Shown: positions 1 through 14,991 of the stretch, piece after piece
Layout of the letters: every line of letters starts with the position of its first letter
How positions within the stretch are numbered: position 1 is the stretch's first letter
The notes under the pieces: generated by a model
What the model was told of the DNA's origin: nothing
The model's database searches: none
The model's input: the letters and a program-made list of their open reading frames with translations, nothing else
Virus record (IMG/VR): IMGVR_UViG_2585427747_000002
Span: 1 to 33,552 of that record
Strand: one strand, 5' to 3'
DNA: 33,552 nt
Origin: a virus
Lineage: Duplodnaviria > Heunggongvirae > Uroviricota > Caudoviricetes
Made by a program: the position numbers and the translations under genes

Positions 1-25
1 AATCTGACATCTGAAGGTGCAGTTT

Positions 26-547
26 ATGAAACATTCATTTGAAGTAAAACTTGCCGCTGTAAATCATTACCTGGCTGGTCATGCAGGCATCATTTCTACG
101 GCAAAACTCTTTCAACTTTCTCACACCAGCCTCTCACACTGGATTAATCTTTTTCTTCTTCACGGTCCTCGGGCACTGGATTGCAGACACAAGCGTAGCT
201 ATTCTCCTGAAGATAAACTTTGCGTGGTTCTTTATGCTCTCGGGCATTCTGAGTCTCTACCCCGGGTAGCTGCCCGGTTTAACATTCCCAGCCACAACAC
301 GGTTAAAAACTGGATAAAAGGCTACCGCAAATCTGGTAATGAGGCCTTTATCAGGCGCAGGAAGGAGAAAAGCATGACCCGTTCTGATGATACCCATGAA
401 AACGAGGCAAACATGACGCCGGAAGAGATGAAGAATGAGCTGCGTTATCTTCGCGCAGAAAATGCATATCTGAAAGCCATGCAGGAGCATCTCCTGGAAA
501 AAAAGCGCCAGGAGCTGGAGAAAAAACGAAAGTCATCCGGAGCCTGA
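26..547 (+). CDS. IS3-family transposase OrfA (HTH DNA-binding part)
   Basis: ORF track 17..547 begins at an alternative GTG; the first ATG is at 26 (MKHSFEV...). C-terminal part has heptad-like leucine spacing and KK/RK-rich tail typical of IS3 OrfA. Confidence 0.8.
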   Translation: MKHSFEVKLAAVNHYLAGHAGIISTAKLFQLSHTSLSHWINLFLLHGPRALDCRHKRSYSPEDKLCVVLYALGHSESLPRVAARFNIPSHNTVKNWIKGYRKSGNEAFIRRRKEKSMTRSDDTHENEANMTPEEMKNELRYLRAENAYLKAMQEHLLEKKRQELEKKRKSSGA

Positions 548-651
548 GGTGCGGACACTGCCAGTCTGACCTGTTAAAGGCTGCAGGGCTGGCCAGAAGC
601 ACGCTGTACTACCAGCTGTCACTGCAGAAGGCTAAGGACAAGTATGCTGAT

Positions 652-1563
<912 letters not shown>

Positions 1564-1564
<1 letters not shown>

Positions 1565-1893
1565 CAGTTCACCACCTGTTCAAACTCTGCGCTGAACTCA
1601 ACACGCAGCATACTGACCCGCGACGACCATTTTGCGCAGGTCACCTTTATCTGCCGCCACTCATAAGGCGGCGTCCACAGAAAGGCCTTCCAGCCCCCGT
1701 GCTCAGCCAGAAACGACTCCAGCGCCGCGGCCTCCCAACGGGGAACAGAAAGCGTCACGCTGTACGTTTTCAGGTCGGCATTCAGCCCGGCAGGCGCTCG
1801 CTGGGAATAGCCATCACCAAAGCGCACCTTCCTGACGGAAGGGGCCGAAGCCACATCCATACCGGGTTTCACTTTCCAGCGGAAGGTTTTCAT
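1564..1893 (-). CDS. M: Tail assembly protein M
   Basis: 109 aa, MKTFRWKVKPGMDVAS...EFEQVVN, near-identical to recalled lambda gpM; overlaps H stop. Confidence 0.93.
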
Positions 1894-4451
1894 CGTCCAC
1901 CTCCGGAGAACAGGCCACCATCACGCATCTGTGTCTGAATTTCATCACGGGCACCCTTGCGGGCCATGTCATACACCGCCTTCAGAGCAGCCGGACCTAT
2001 CTGACCGTTCGTGCCGTCGTTATTAATCACCACATGGTTATTCTGCTCAAACTTACCGGACGCCTGCGACCGGCTGTCAGCCAGACTGCCCGGTGTACCG
2101 ACATAACCACCGGTGGCATAGCCGCGCATCAGCCGGTAGAGATTTCCCACGCCAATCCGGCTGGTTGCCTCCTTCGTGAAGACAAATTCACCACGGTGAA
2201 CAATCCCCGCTGGCTCATATTTGCCGCCGGTTCCCGTAAATCCTCCGGTTGCAAAATGGAATTTCGCCGCAGCGGCCTGAATGGCTGTACCGCCTGACGC
2301 GGATGTGCCGCCACCAACAGCCCCGCCAATGGCGCTGCCGATACTCCCGACAATCCCCACCATTGCCTGCTTAAGCAGAATTTCTGTCATCATGGACAGC
2401 ACGGAACGGGTGAAGCTGCGCCAGTTCTGCTCACTGCCGGTCAGCATCGCCGCCATATTCTGTGCAATACCATCAAAGGTCTGCGTGGCTGCACTTTTTA
2501 CCTGCGACATACTGTCCGTGGCGCTCTCTTCCCACTCACTCCAGCCGGACTTCAGGCCTGCCATCCAGCTCCCGCGAAGCTGGTCTTCAGCCGCCCAGGT
2601 CTTTTTCTGCTCTGACATGACGTTATTCAGCGCCAGCGAATTATCGCCATACTGTTCCTTCAGGCGCTGTTCTGTGGCTTCCCGCGCTGCCTGCCGGTCA
2701 GTAAGCCCCCGGTTTTTCGCATCAATGGCTGCCCGTTTTGCCCGTTGTTGCTGTGCGAACTTATCCGCCTGCTGCGCCAGCGCATTCAGGTGCTCCTGAT
2801 ACGTGACCTTATCGCCAAGTACAGCCAGCTGGCGTTTGTACTCCAGCGTCTCATCTTTATGCGCCAGCAGGGATTTCTCCTGTGCGGACAGCTGGCGACG
2901 TTGTGCCGCCTCCTCCAGTACCGCGAACTGATTTTCCGCCTTCCACAAATCCCGGCGCTGCTGGCTGATTTTCTCATTCGCTCCGGCATGCTTCTCCAGC
3001 GTCCGGAGTTCTGCCTGAAGCGTCAGCAGGGCAGCATGAGCATTGTCTTCCTGACGATCGCCCGCAGACACCTTCACGCCGGACTGTTTCGGCTTTTTCA
3101 GCGTCGCTTCATAATCCTTTTTCGCCGCCGCCATCAGCGTGTTGTAATCTGCCTGCAGGATTTTCCCGTCTTTCAGTGCCTTGTTCAGTTCTTCCTGACG
3201 GGCGGTATATTTCTCCAGCGGCGTCTGCAGCCGTTCGTAAGCCTTCTGCGCCTCTTCGGTATATTTCAGCCGTGACGCTTCGGTATCGCTCTGCTGCTGC
3301 GCATTTTTGTCCTGTTGACTCTGCTGTTCAGCCTTCTTTCGGGCGGCTTCAAGCGCAAGACGGGCCTTTTCACGATCATCCCAGTAACGCGCCCGCGCTT
3401 CATCGTTAACAAAATAATCATCCTTACGCAGATTCCAGATATCGTCCGCTTTCTTAAACGCGGCCTCTGCCTTAATCAGCATCTCCTGAGCGGTATCAGG
3501 GCGACCAATATCCAGCACCGCATCCCACATGGATTTGAATGCCCGTGCTGTCCTGTCTGCCCAGGTTTCCAGCGTGCCCATGTTCTCTTTCAGGCGTCGG
3601 GTCTGGTCATCAAACCCTTTCGTTGCGGCCTCGTTCGCCGCCTGCAATGCCCCGGCTTCATCGCCGGAACGCTGCAACTGAGCAACATACGCAATCTGCT
3701 CCGCCGTCACGTTATGGAACTGGCGCGCCATCGCTGTCAGCCCTGACGTCGGGTCTGTGGTCAGCTTCCCGAAGGCTTCAGCGACCTTGTCCACCTCCAC
3801 GCCGGATGCAGAGGAGAAACGCGCCACACTCTGGCTGATGGACGCAATCTGAGCCTCACCGCTTACCCCCGCCTTAACCAGTGCGCTGAGTGACTCGCTG
3901 GTCTGGTTAAACGTCAGCCCTGCCGCCCGCCCTGCTCTGGACAGGACCAGCATACGATCTGCCGTCAGACCCGACTGATTGCCGGAAAGGACCAGCGTTT
4001 TGTTGAAATCGGACAGGGTTGAGTTGCCCTGATACCAGGCATACGCCAGCGCACCGGTCGCCACCGCCAGCGAGGTGGCCCCGACCATCGGCAGGGTGAT
4101 CGCACCGGCAAGCCCCCTGAACATGGGGATCATCCCGCCGAAGGAGTCCTTCACCTGACCACCCTGTTGCAGCAGGATCAGCCACGGACTTTGCCCGCCT
4201 GCAAGCTGCGTGGCCACGTCGGTGAACTGCGCAGGCAGCATACGCATGGCGGCTTTATACTGCCCGACGGAAATCCCCGCTTTCTGTGCAGCCAGCGCCT
4301 GCCGGTTCATTGACTGTTCAACGACTGCCGCTGTTTTTTTCGCATCAGTTTCCGTACCGGAAAAATGACGCCTGACTCTGGCCATCTGCTCGTCAAATCT
4401 GGCCGCATCCAGACTTAAATCAACGACCAGATCGCCTACCGGTTCAGCCAT
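1890..4451 (-). CDS. H: Tail tape measure protein H
   Basis: 853 aa, MAEPVGDLVVDLSLDAARFDEQ..., matches lambda gpH in length and sequence as recalled. Confidence 0.95.
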   Translation of the reverse strand: MAEPVGDLVVDLSLDAARFDEQMARVRRHFSGTETDAKKTAAVVEQSMNRQALAAQKAGISVGQYKAAMRMLPAQFTDVATQLAGGQSPWLILLQQGGQVKDSFGGMIPMFRGLAGAITLPMVGATSLAVATGALAYAWYQGNSTLSDFNKTLVLSGNQSGLTADRMLVLSRAGRAAGLTFNQTSESLSALVKAGVSGEAQIASISQSVARFSSASGVEVDKVAEAFGKLTTDPTSGLTAMARQFHNVTAEQIAYVAQLQRSGDEAGALQAANEAATKGFDDQTRRLKENMGTLETWADRTARAFKSMWDAVLDIGRPDTAQEMLIKAEAAFKKADDIWNLRKDDYFVNDEARARYWDDREKARLALEAARKKAEQQSQQDKNAQQQSDTEASRLKYTEEAQKAYERLQTPLEKYTARQEELNKALKDGKILQADYNTLMAAAKKDYEATLKKPKQSGVKVSAGDRQEDNAHAALLTLQAELRTLEKHAGANEKISQQRRDLWKAENQFAVLEEAAQRRQLSAQEKSLLAHKDETLEYKRQLAVLGDKVTYQEHLNALAQQADKFAQQQRAKRAAIDAKNRGLTDRQAAREATEQRLKEQYGDNSLALNNVMSEQKKTWAAEDQLRGSWMAGLKSGWSEWEESATDSMSQVKSAATQTFDGIAQNMAAMLTGSEQNWRSFTRSVLSMMTEILLKQAMVGIVGSIGSAIGGAVGGGTSASGGTAIQAAAAKFHFATGGFTGTGGKYEPAGIVHRGEFVFTKEATSRIGVGNLYRLMRGYATGGYVGTPGSLADSRSQASGKFEQNNHVVINNDGTNGQIGPAALKAVYDMARKGARDEIQTQMRDGGLFSGGGR

Positions 4452-4878
4452 ACCGGGCTCCTCCTGCGATCCCTTCTGATACTGTCATCAGCATTACGTC
4501 ATCCTCCGTCATGTCCGCCACATCCGGGAAATCGGGGATAACTTCATTCCCGTCCGGGCCAAAACGAACGCCTCCGGCAAGCCCTGCCGCTTTCTGCATC
4601 AGCACATCATCTTCAGGCTCTTCGTCATCCTCACGCCGGTTCAGCAGACTGAAATCCAGCGGATGCATATCCGGATCGCTGAAAAACAGGCTGAGCACGG
4701 TGTACGTCAGCCCGGAAAAGTGCATATCCAGCAGAACATCATGAAAATAATGGGTACTGTAAAAGCGGTGCCAGTCGGCATACTCCGTGGATGACATCCC
4801 GGCAAGCATGGCGCGCCAGTCGGGTCGCCCCATCTCACGCGCCAGTTTCAGGGCAAAACTCAGCTCACCGTCGAACAC
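4444..4878 (-). CDS. T: Tail assembly chaperone T frame, expressed only as G-T fusion by -1 frameshift
   Basis: ORF (..FDGELSFALKLAREMGRPDW..) in -1 frame relative to G; slippery G_GGA_AAG on the minus strand at 4878-4884 at the 3' end of G, as in lambda. Confidence 0.9.
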   Translation of the reverse strand: MFDGELSFALKLAREMGRPDWRAMLAGMSSTEYADWHRFYSTHYFHDVLLDMHFSGLTYTVLSLFFSDPDMHPLDFSLLNRREDDEEPEDDVLMQKAAGLAGGVRFGPDGNEVIPDFPDVADMTEDDVMLMTVSEGIAGGARYG

Positions 4879-5273
4879 TTTCCCGCAGAAACAGGCTCTG
4901 CAGGCCCGGCGTCATCTGCCTGTTCAGGGGCATTATTCACCACAAACTCATACATACCGGACAGCCGGTACACCACGTTTTCAGCATGAGAAATTGCCTC
5001 TGTGGGCCAGGTGGTAAGCACTTCCTGCTCAATCTGTTTAACGGCTTCATTCATGGACGGCATCTGCGTCTTCTTCGGATGGTTATGCCACAGGGACATC
5101 GCCACCACAAAAGCGCCGGTTCTGATGACGTCTTCCACAGTAAACTTCCGGTTGCTGTCGGATTCTGCCTGCTGTTTCATCAGGGTGAGATGCTCAATAC
5201 GCTGCAGGGCTGACAGTTCAGAAAGCGTGACAGTCACGCCGTTATATTCAAATGATTCGGTTTTCAGGAACAT
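4860..5273 (-). CDS. G: Tail assembly chaperone G
   Basis: 137 aa, MFLKTESFEYNGVTVTLSELSALQRIEHL..., lambda gpG-like; ends ...AGKCSTVS with the slippery site in its last codons. Confidence 0.93.
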   Translation of the reverse strand: MFLKTESFEYNGVTVTLSELSALQRIEHLTLMKQQAESDSNRKFTVEDVIRTGAFVVAMSLWHNHPKKTQMPSMNEAVKQIEQEVLTTWPTEAISHAENVVYRLSGMYEFVVNNAPEQADDAGPAEPVSAGKCSTVS

Positions 5274-5288
5274 CGCTGACTCTCCGGA

Positions 5289-6029
5289 TTAACTGGCGGT
5301 GACGGTGATTTCTGCAACCGCAGCAAACTCACCATTACCGGATACAACCGGAATGTTGACCTTGCCTGCAGCAACGCCGTTCACGGTGATGGTCATACCA
5401 CTGACCGACACGGTGGCTTTTGTTTTATCCGCTGACACCGCACGGAAGCTCTTGTCGGTTGCGCCTTCCGGCTGGAATGCCACGGTCAGCGTGGTGCTCT
5501 GCCCTTTCACTACGGAAGCACTGGCTGGCGTTACCGTCATGCCGGTGGCCGCTGTTACCGTGCTGCGATCTTCTGCCATCGACGGGCGTCCCACATTGGT
5601 GACCTTCACCGTGCGGGTAATCACTTCCTTAGCCGTCACCGCTTTACCGATACTGCTGACCCAGCCACGGAACACATCGACCGTGCCGTTCGGGAAGCGG
5701 ATTTTATAGGCACGGGTATCACCTTCATTAAACCACGCCAGCAGCGCCTGCTGCCCCTGCTCTCCGGGCATCCACGCCAGCGTGAAGCTGGTATCTCCGG
5801 CAGATTTCTGCCCCTGCCCGGTCGCAGTCCAGTCCGCATCTTCATCATCGAGATAGCTGTCGTCATAGGACTCAGCGGTCAGTTCGCCGGGCGTCAGGTC
5901 TTTAACTTTTGCCAGACGCGACCAGTCAACGTCTGAAAGCGGGTTCGCATAAGGATCACCGTTCCCCTTATAAACCCACAGTGTGGTCCCGGCACCTTTC
6001 ACCGGCATTGTTGGATTTGGTACAGGCAT
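5289..6029 (-). CDS. V: Major tail protein V
   Basis: Track ORF extends to 6059 from an upstream alternative start; lambda gpV begins [14 protein letters not shown], giving start 6029 and 246 aa. Confidence 0.92.
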   Translation of the reverse strand: MPVPNPTMPVKGAGTTLWVYKGNGDPYANPLSDVDWSRLAKVKDLTPGELTAESYDDSYLDDEDADWTATGQGQKSAGDTSFTLAWMPGEQGQQALLAWFNEGDTRAYKIRFPNGTVDVFRGWVSSIGKAVTAKEVITRTVKVTNVGRPSMAEDRSTVTAATGMTVTPASASVVKGQSTTLTVAFQPEGATDKSFRAVSADKTKATVSVSGMTITVNGVAAGKVNIPVVSGNGEFAAVAEITVTAS

Positions 6030-6036
6030 ATCGTCC

Positions 6037-6432
6037 TCACATTTCATAGGTAATGACATAAGTCAGATCGGCAGAACTCCACAGGCCCGCATCATCGTCG
6101 CGCCGGTAGTCATAGCCACTGGCCACCATACTGGTGATCAAATCTGACAGTGCCGGGATATCGCTCATCACCGGATAAATCCGGGACTCCATCCACGAAT
6201 CCAGCTCTGAATCCGGCACCTGAGCAGGCAGGAAAACTTCGATATGCAGCTCCGCCTGCCAGGTATCGCTGTCCAGCTCTTCGCCCGTGTATTCAGCGCC
6301 GGTGAGATAAACGGCAACTGCCGGAAAATCCGCCTCATCAAAAACAGCGGGGCGACCATCAAAAAGCGTCGCCCCGGTGTCATGCTTCTCCAGTGCATCC
6401 AGTACGGCTGCACGGAGTTCAGTATGTTTCAT
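6037..6432 (-). CDS. U: Tail terminator protein U
   Basis: 131 aa, [21 protein letters not shown]..., matches lambda gpU. Confidence 0.93.
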   Translation of the reverse strand: MKHTELRAAVLDALEKHDTGATLFDGRPAVFDEADFPAVAVYLTGAEYTGEELDSDTWQAELHIEVFLPAQVPDSELDSWMESRIYPVMSDIPALSDLITSMVASGYDYRRDDDAGLWSSADLTYVITYEM

Positions 6433-7007
6433 CGCTTTATTACCATTCTCAGTTGATGCTGCAGCGCATAGCCCAGCTCTTTCGGAAGACGTTCACGCCG
6501 TATCCGTTCAATATTCTGTTTAAACGCCGTGGTCAGCGGCACCGCCATCGGGATTTTCACCACATCAATGGGGTAACGGTTTTTCCCGGCCACACGCTGC
6601 ATGACATGCCAGCGGCCATTTTTCAGTTGCTGAATAAACGCGCCGGGAATACGACGGTTTCCCACCACAAGCACGCTGCCGCCACCTTTCAGGGCTGAAC
6701 GCTGCCCCTTTTTACGACGCCTGCGTCGGGACAGGACAATCCGCGCGTTACCCAGCTTTATTACGGGCAAATCCCCCCGGTTAACCCTGATTCTGGCCTG
6801 CGGATTTTTGACCGTGGCCCTTTTCAGCCTGGCCCTTTCCTTTACCAGTTTCCGGCGTACCTTTGTCTCACGGGCAACCTGTGACGCCGACTGCGATATC
6901 GCGGATGAAGCAACGCGGTTAATGGCCATTGCGGCGGCACCAGGCACCGCCGTTTTGCTGATACGGCTGAGGTTTTCAACGGCCTGCTCAAGACCTTTTA
7001 TGGCCAT
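6429..7007 (-). CDS. Z: Tail completion protein Z
   Basis: 192 aa, MAIKGLEQAVENLSRISKTAVPG..., matches lambda gpZ. Confidence 0.93.
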   Translation of the reverse strand: MAIKGLEQAVENLSRISKTAVPGAAAMAINRVASSAISQSASQVARETKVRRKLVKERARLKRATVKNPQARIRVNRGDLPVIKLGNARIVLSRRRRRKKGQRSALKGGGSVLVVGNRRIPGAFIQQLKNGRWHVMQRVAGKNRYPIDVVKIPMAVPLTTAFKQNIERIRRERLPKELGYALQHQLRMVIKR

Positions 7008-7018
7008 ACATCCCCCTT

Positions 7019-7372
7019 TCAGCGGCGACGGTTAACGGCAGGCGGTACGCCCCGCCCAAGCCAGAGATGACAGCTTCCACCATCATCCGGCGAAATCCGG
7101 TCTATCCAGAAGTTTTCCTCACCGATGGTCAGCGTGTCGCCGCGCCGCAGCTGCCGCACATCATCAGTCCGGACAAACAGGGACGGGCTGGAGCCTTCAA
7201 CGCGTACGCCCTGTCCGGCATAGCTGATATTTTCAGGATCATCAAAAACACCACGTATTACTGCGCCGGACTGCTCACCGGATGTCATGGTGGCTGACGT
7301 TCCCATGTACCCGCGTATCGTTTCATCGGCGCGGGCAATGGCAGCATCGAACAGGTTATCGAAATCAGCCAC
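7019..7372 (-). CDS. FII: Head-tail connector protein FII
   Basis: 117 aa, MADFDNLFDAAIARADETIRGYMG..., matches lambda gpFII. Confidence 0.93.
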   Translation of the reverse strand: MADFDNLFDAAIARADETIRGYMGTSATMTSGEQSGAVIRGVFDDPENISYAGQGVRVEGSSPSLFVRTDDVRQLRRGDTLTIGEENFWIDRISPDDGGSCHLWLGRGVPPAVNRRR

Positions 7373-7383
7373 AGCGCCTCCCG

Positions 7384-7779
7384 TTATTGCATTCTGGCCA
7401 GGCCACGTTCTGTCATTTCGGCTGCCACACCGGCAGAGACACGAAACGCCGTTCCCGGCAGCACAAATGCCACAGGTTCATCCCGCGTGGCGTGAAGTGC
7501 ATCAGTATGCAGCGTCACCAGTGCCACGACCGTGACCAGAGCAGCCGTATCAATCATGGTATCCGGCTGCTCTGATACCACCTCATTTTCATGTCCGGTC
7601 AGCGCATTTTCCGGTCTGAGAGGGGTATCCTGACCGGCAGCGTCATCCGTGTCATCAAGCTCCTCTTCCAGCTCTGCCACACGGAGCGCCAGTTCTTCTT
7701 TCGTCCCCGTCAGGCTGACATCACGGTTCAGTTGCTCACCCAGCGACCGGAGACGGACAATCAGTTCATCTTTCGTCAT
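7384..7779 (-). CDS. FI: DNA packaging protein FI
   Basis: Track ORF 7384..7818 has a 13-codon N-terminal extension; the lambda-like start MTKDELIVRLRSLGEQL is at 7779. Confidence 0.9.
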   Translation of the reverse strand: MTKDELIVRLRSLGEQLNRDVSLTGTKEELALRVAELEEELDDTDDAAGQDTPLRPENALTGHENEVVSEQPDTMIDTAALVTVVALVTLHTDALHATRDEPVAFVLPGTAFRVSAGVAAEMTERGLARMQ

Positions 7780-7820
7780 GGACTCCTCCACAGAGAGAAA
7801 ATGGCCCCGAAGGGCCACGA

Positions 7821-8846
7821 TTACGCCAGTTGTACGGACACGAACTCATCAGGGTCAGCCAGCAGCATCAGCGGTGCTGACTGAATCATGGTGAACTCAC
7901 GCGCCGGATCGCCGGTGGTCACCCAGTTTTTCGGGTAACGGGCAGAGGAGTTAATGCCTTCGCGCTGTGCGTCCGCATCCTGAATGCAGCCATAGGTGCG
8001 CAGACCGCGTGCCTGAGTGTTCCCCAGCACCATCGTGTTGTCCGGCAGGAAGTTCTTTTTGACGCAGTTTTCCACGTACTGTCCGGAATACACGACGATG
8101 GCCACATCGCCATACATCCCCTTGTAGGACACCGCTTTGCCCAGGTCTTTCACCGCTGTCTCCAGCTCGGAATGAGAGCCGCGACGAGTATCCAGCTTCT
8201 CCTTGACGGCTTTGAAGGAACGGAACAGCGCCCAGCCTTTCGGATCAAACACGATGATATTCAACACTCCGCTGGCGTTCAGCGCGTAGGCTTCGATATC
8301 GTCGGTCGGGTCATACGTGGACTTGTCACGCTTGCTCCACTCCGTGCCGCCGGACTGCGTGATGTTATTCGCCTCACTGCGGCCCATATCCACCTCAACC
8401 GGATCGAAGGCTTCACCGGTCATGGTGTATTTGCCCTTAAGCACGGCAGAAACTGCCTGCATCTCTTCGACCTGGGCAATCGCCAGATTTTCATCCAGCA
8501 TATTCTGCCGAATAATACGGCGACGACGGTAAGCCGGGTCAGCCAGGTTCTGCGGATCTTCATCCGGCAGGCGACGCAGGGTCATCTGCGGATTCACCTC
8601 ATGCTTGGGTTTGACATAACCCGGCGTAAATTCAGAGGTGGAGCCGCCACGGGATCGGATAACCTCACCGGAAACAATCGGCGAAACGTACAGCGCCATG
8701 TTTACCAGTCCCGGAATTTGTGAGAGATAGACTTTCTCCGTGGTGAAAGGATAGGTTTCACGGAAAAACAGGCGCAGAAACAGCGGATCGAACTTAAAGT
8801 GATGCTGGGTCGATGCCAGTAATTCTGCAGTTGTATATACAGACAT
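7821..8846 (-). CDS. E: Major capsid protein E
   Basis: 341 aa, MSVYTTAELL...FKFDPLFLRLFFRE...SVQLA, matches lambda gpE. Confidence 0.95.
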   Translation of the reverse strand: MSVYTTAELLASTQHHFKFDPLFLRLFFRETYPFTTEKVYLSQIPGLVNMALYVSPIVSGEVIRSRGGSTSEFTPGYVKPKHEVNPQMTLRRLPDEDPQNLADPAYRRRRIIRQNMLDENLAIAQVEEMQAVSAVLKGKYTMTGEAFDPVEVDMGRSEANNITQSGGTEWSKRDKSTYDPTDDIEAYALNASGVLNIIVFDPKGWALFRSFKAVKEKLDTRRGSHSELETAVKDLGKAVSYKGMYGDVAIVVYSGQYVENCVKKNFLPDNTMVLGNTQARGLRTYGCIQDADAQREGINSSARYPKNWVTTGDPAREFTMIQSAPLMLLADPDEFVSVQLA

Positions 8847-8901
8847 AAATTATTTCCATAAAAAAAGCCGCACAGGCGGCCTTTGTTGATGAAGGGGAAG
8901 A

Positions 8902-9234
8902 TTAAACGATGCTGATTGCCGTTCCGGCAAACGCGGTCCGTTTTTTCGTCTCGTCGCTGGCAGCCTCCGGCCAGAGCACATCCTCATAACGGAACGAGCC
9001 GGACTTGTAGAACGTCAGTGTGGTGCTGGTCTGGTCAGCAGCAACCGCCAGAATGCCAACGGCTGCACCGTCGGTGGTGCCATCCCACACAACCAGCTTA
9101 CGGGTAGTGCCATCCAGCATCAGTGGGGTCATTGCAGGCGTTTTCGCACTCAATCCGCCAGGCGCAATTGCTGTATGAGCCGGATCACTGTTACCCAGCG
9201 GCTGGTAATGGTTAAACTCTTCTTTTGTCGCCAT
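8902..9234 (-). CDS. D: Capsid decoration protein D
   Basis: 110 aa, ...[33 protein letters not shown]...TAISIV, matches lambda gpD. Confidence 0.93.
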   Translation of the reverse strand: MATKEEFNHYQPLGNSDPAHTAIAPGGLSAKTPAMTPLMLDGTTRKLVVWDGTTDGAAVGILAVAADQTSTTLTFYKSGSFRYEDVLWPEAASDETKKRTAFAGTAISIV

Positions 9235-9243
9235 AACTGCCTC

Positions 9244-9861
9244 TTATACCGGTAAAGCTTCAGGTGTATTAAGTAATTCTTTATTGGTATCAGATGCCAG
9301 GTTACCTGCAGCCAGCGGTGCCGGTGCCCCCTGCATCAGACGATCCAGCGCAGTGTCACTGCGCGCCTGTGCACTCTGTGGTGCTGCGGCCAGAATGCGG
9401 CGGGCCGTTTCCACGGTCATTCCGGGGGGTTCTGCCAGAACGCGCGCCTGTTCTTCGCGTCCGTGAGCCTCCTCACAGTTGAGGATCCCCATAATGCGGC
9501 TGTTTTCTGCCGCAACCGCTGCGGTGATCTGTGCGTTCACATCCGGCTGCGCCGCGCTGGCGTTTTCGCCCTCCTTCGCAGGCTCCACGGTGGTGATGTC
9601 AGCCTGCGAAGCAGTGGCTGAAACAGTTGTTGATTGAGTCTCTTTGGTCATTCGCCCTCCTGAGAGACGGGATTTACGTGCATCCAGTGCATCACGCATG
9701 ACGGTGATCGCATCGGTGCTGTTAACAAGTTCATCAGCCAGTCCGGCATCAATGGCCTCCTGACCGCTGTACACTGCAGCCTCGGTATCCAGCACAGCCT
9801 GCACAGACAGGCCGGTATATGCCGACACCTTCTGCGCAAACATCTGGCGGGTTGCGTCCAT
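9244..9861 (-). CDS. Nu3: Scaffolding protein Nu3, nested in-frame in the 3' part of C (start approximate)
   Basis: In lambda, Nu3 is translated from an internal in-frame start of C and shares its stop; candidate internal Met (MDATRQMFAQK...) about 205 codons from the stop. Start position is inferred. Confidence 0.5.
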   Translation of the reverse strand: MDATRQMFAQKVSAYTGLSVQAVLDTEAAVYSGQEAIDAGLADELVNSTDAITVMRDALDARKSRLSGGRMTKETQSTTVSATASQADITTVEPAKEGENASAAQPDVNAQITAAVAAENSRIMGILNCEEAHGREEQARVLAEPPGMTVETARRILAAAPQSAQARSDTALDRLMQGAPAPLAAGNLASDTNKELLNTPEALPV

Positions 9862-10555
9862 CCGGGACTGCAGTGTCTCCCGGACGTCATCCGGAAGATG
9901 GCTGTAGGGATTGCCATCCACCTTATGGCTGCCGCTGTAAATCAGCGTGATTTCCACGCCCTGTTTCTCCAGGGCAGCACCGTAATTACTGTGAGCCATC
10001 ATGACGCCGATGGAGCCTGTCCGGGCGGTCTGCGTGACCAGACGCCGGGAGGCGGCGCTGGCAAGCAGCTGACCTGCACTGCAGTTCATGTCGTTGGCCA
10101 GCGCCCATACCGGTTTTATGTCTCGCACACGGGCGATGATGTCAGCACAGTCAAATGCTCCCGCCACCATCCCGCCCGGTGTGTCCATATCGAGCAGAAT
10201 GCCGTCCACCATCGGATCGCTGGCAGCCTGTTGCAGACGGGCGATAATGCCGTTGTAACCGGTCATTCCCGAATACGGCTGCAGCGCCCGCGTCCGGCTG
10301 ACCAGCGTACCGGACACCGGCAGCACGGCGATGCCGTTCATGACCTGATAACTGCGGGCCTGTCGTGGTCCGTCATCATCACCGGATAACGCCAGCGCCG
10401 CGGGTGCCTCTCCGGCAGTCAGGCTGTCGCCGGATACTGCATCCGTCAGGCGGCTGATCCCAAGCTGGCCTGCAAGCGCACAAAAGAAAACCCGCGCATA
10501 GGCGGGTTCAAGCATCAGCGGCTCATTAAAGGCCATGCTGGTAATATGCGGGAGA

Positions 10556-10575
<20 letters not shown>
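9244..10575 (-). CDS. C: Head protease / minor capsid protein C (ClpP/S49-like)
   Basis: Track ORF runs to 10689 from an upstream alternative start; the lambda-like start (V)TAELRNLPHITSMAFNEPLMLEP is a GTG at 10573-10575, overlapping the 3' end of B by 20 nt as in lambda. Confidence 0.9.
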
Positions 10576-14256
<3,681 letters not shown>

Positions 14257-14282
<26 letters not shown>

Positions 14283-14802
14283 TCAGCAACCCCGGTATCA
14301 GTTCATCCAGCGCGGCTGCTTTGTTCATGGCTTTGATGATATCCCGTTTCAGGAAATCAACATGTCGGTTTTCCAGTTCCGGAAAACGCCGCTGCACCGA
14401 CAGGGGGATCCCGTCGAGAATACTGGCAATTTCACCTGCGATCCGCGACAGCACGAAAGTACAGAATGCGGTTTCCACCACTTCAGCGGAGTCTCTGGCA
14501 TTCTTCAGCTCCTGTGCGTCGGCCTGCGCACGCGTAAGTCGATGGCGTTCGTACTCAATAGTCCCTGGCTGCAGATCTGTCTCGCTGGCCTGTCGCAGTT
14601 CTTCAACCTCCCGGCGCAGCTTTTCGTTCTCAATTTCAGCATCCCTTTCGGCATACCATTTTATGACGGCGGCAGAGTCATAAAGCACCTCATTACCCTT
14701 CCCTCCACCTCTCAGAACTGGCATTCCCTGCTCCTGCCAGTTCTGAATGGTACGGATACTCGCGCCGAAAATGTCAGCCAGCTGCTTTTTATTGACTTCC
14801 AT
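14257..14802 (-). CDS. nu1: Terminase small subunit Nu1
   Basis: 181 aa, MEVNKKQLADIFGASIRTIQNWQEQGMPVLRGGGKGNEVLYDSAAV..., matches lambda gpNu1; 3' end overlaps A. Confidence 0.95.
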
Positions 14803-14991
14803 TGTTCATTCCACGGACAAAAACAGAGAAAGGAAACGACAGAGGCCAAAAAGCCCGTTTTCAGCACCTGTCGTTTCCTTTCTTTTCAGGGGGTGTTTTA
14901 AATAAAAACATTAAGTTACGGCGAAGAAGAACGGAAACGCCTTAAACCGGAAAATTTTCATAAATAGCGAAAACCCGCGAGGTCGCCGCCC
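14803..14991 (-). promoter_or_regulatory. cos: cos site: cosB (R1 ~14827-14842, R2 ~14868-14882, R3 ~14928-14939) and cosN with the 12-nt cohesive-end sequence at 14980-14991
   Basis: Plus-strand aggtcgccgccc at 14980-14991 is the reverse complement of lambda's GGGCGGCGACCT cohesive end; upstream region matches the recalled lambda left-end sequence (CGTTTCC-type R repeats) in reverse complement. Confidence 0.9.

Noticed and set aside
2034-4185. Several plus- and minus-strand ORFs inside the tape measure gene H (for example 2281..2799, 2745..3275, 3315..3746, 3907..4185)
   Set aside because: They lie antisense or out of frame within a gene that matches lambda gpH along its whole length; they are artefacts of GC-rich sequence.
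8172-8723. 183-aa plus-strand ORF antisense to major capsid gene E
   Set aside because: Shadow ORF within E; no independent support.
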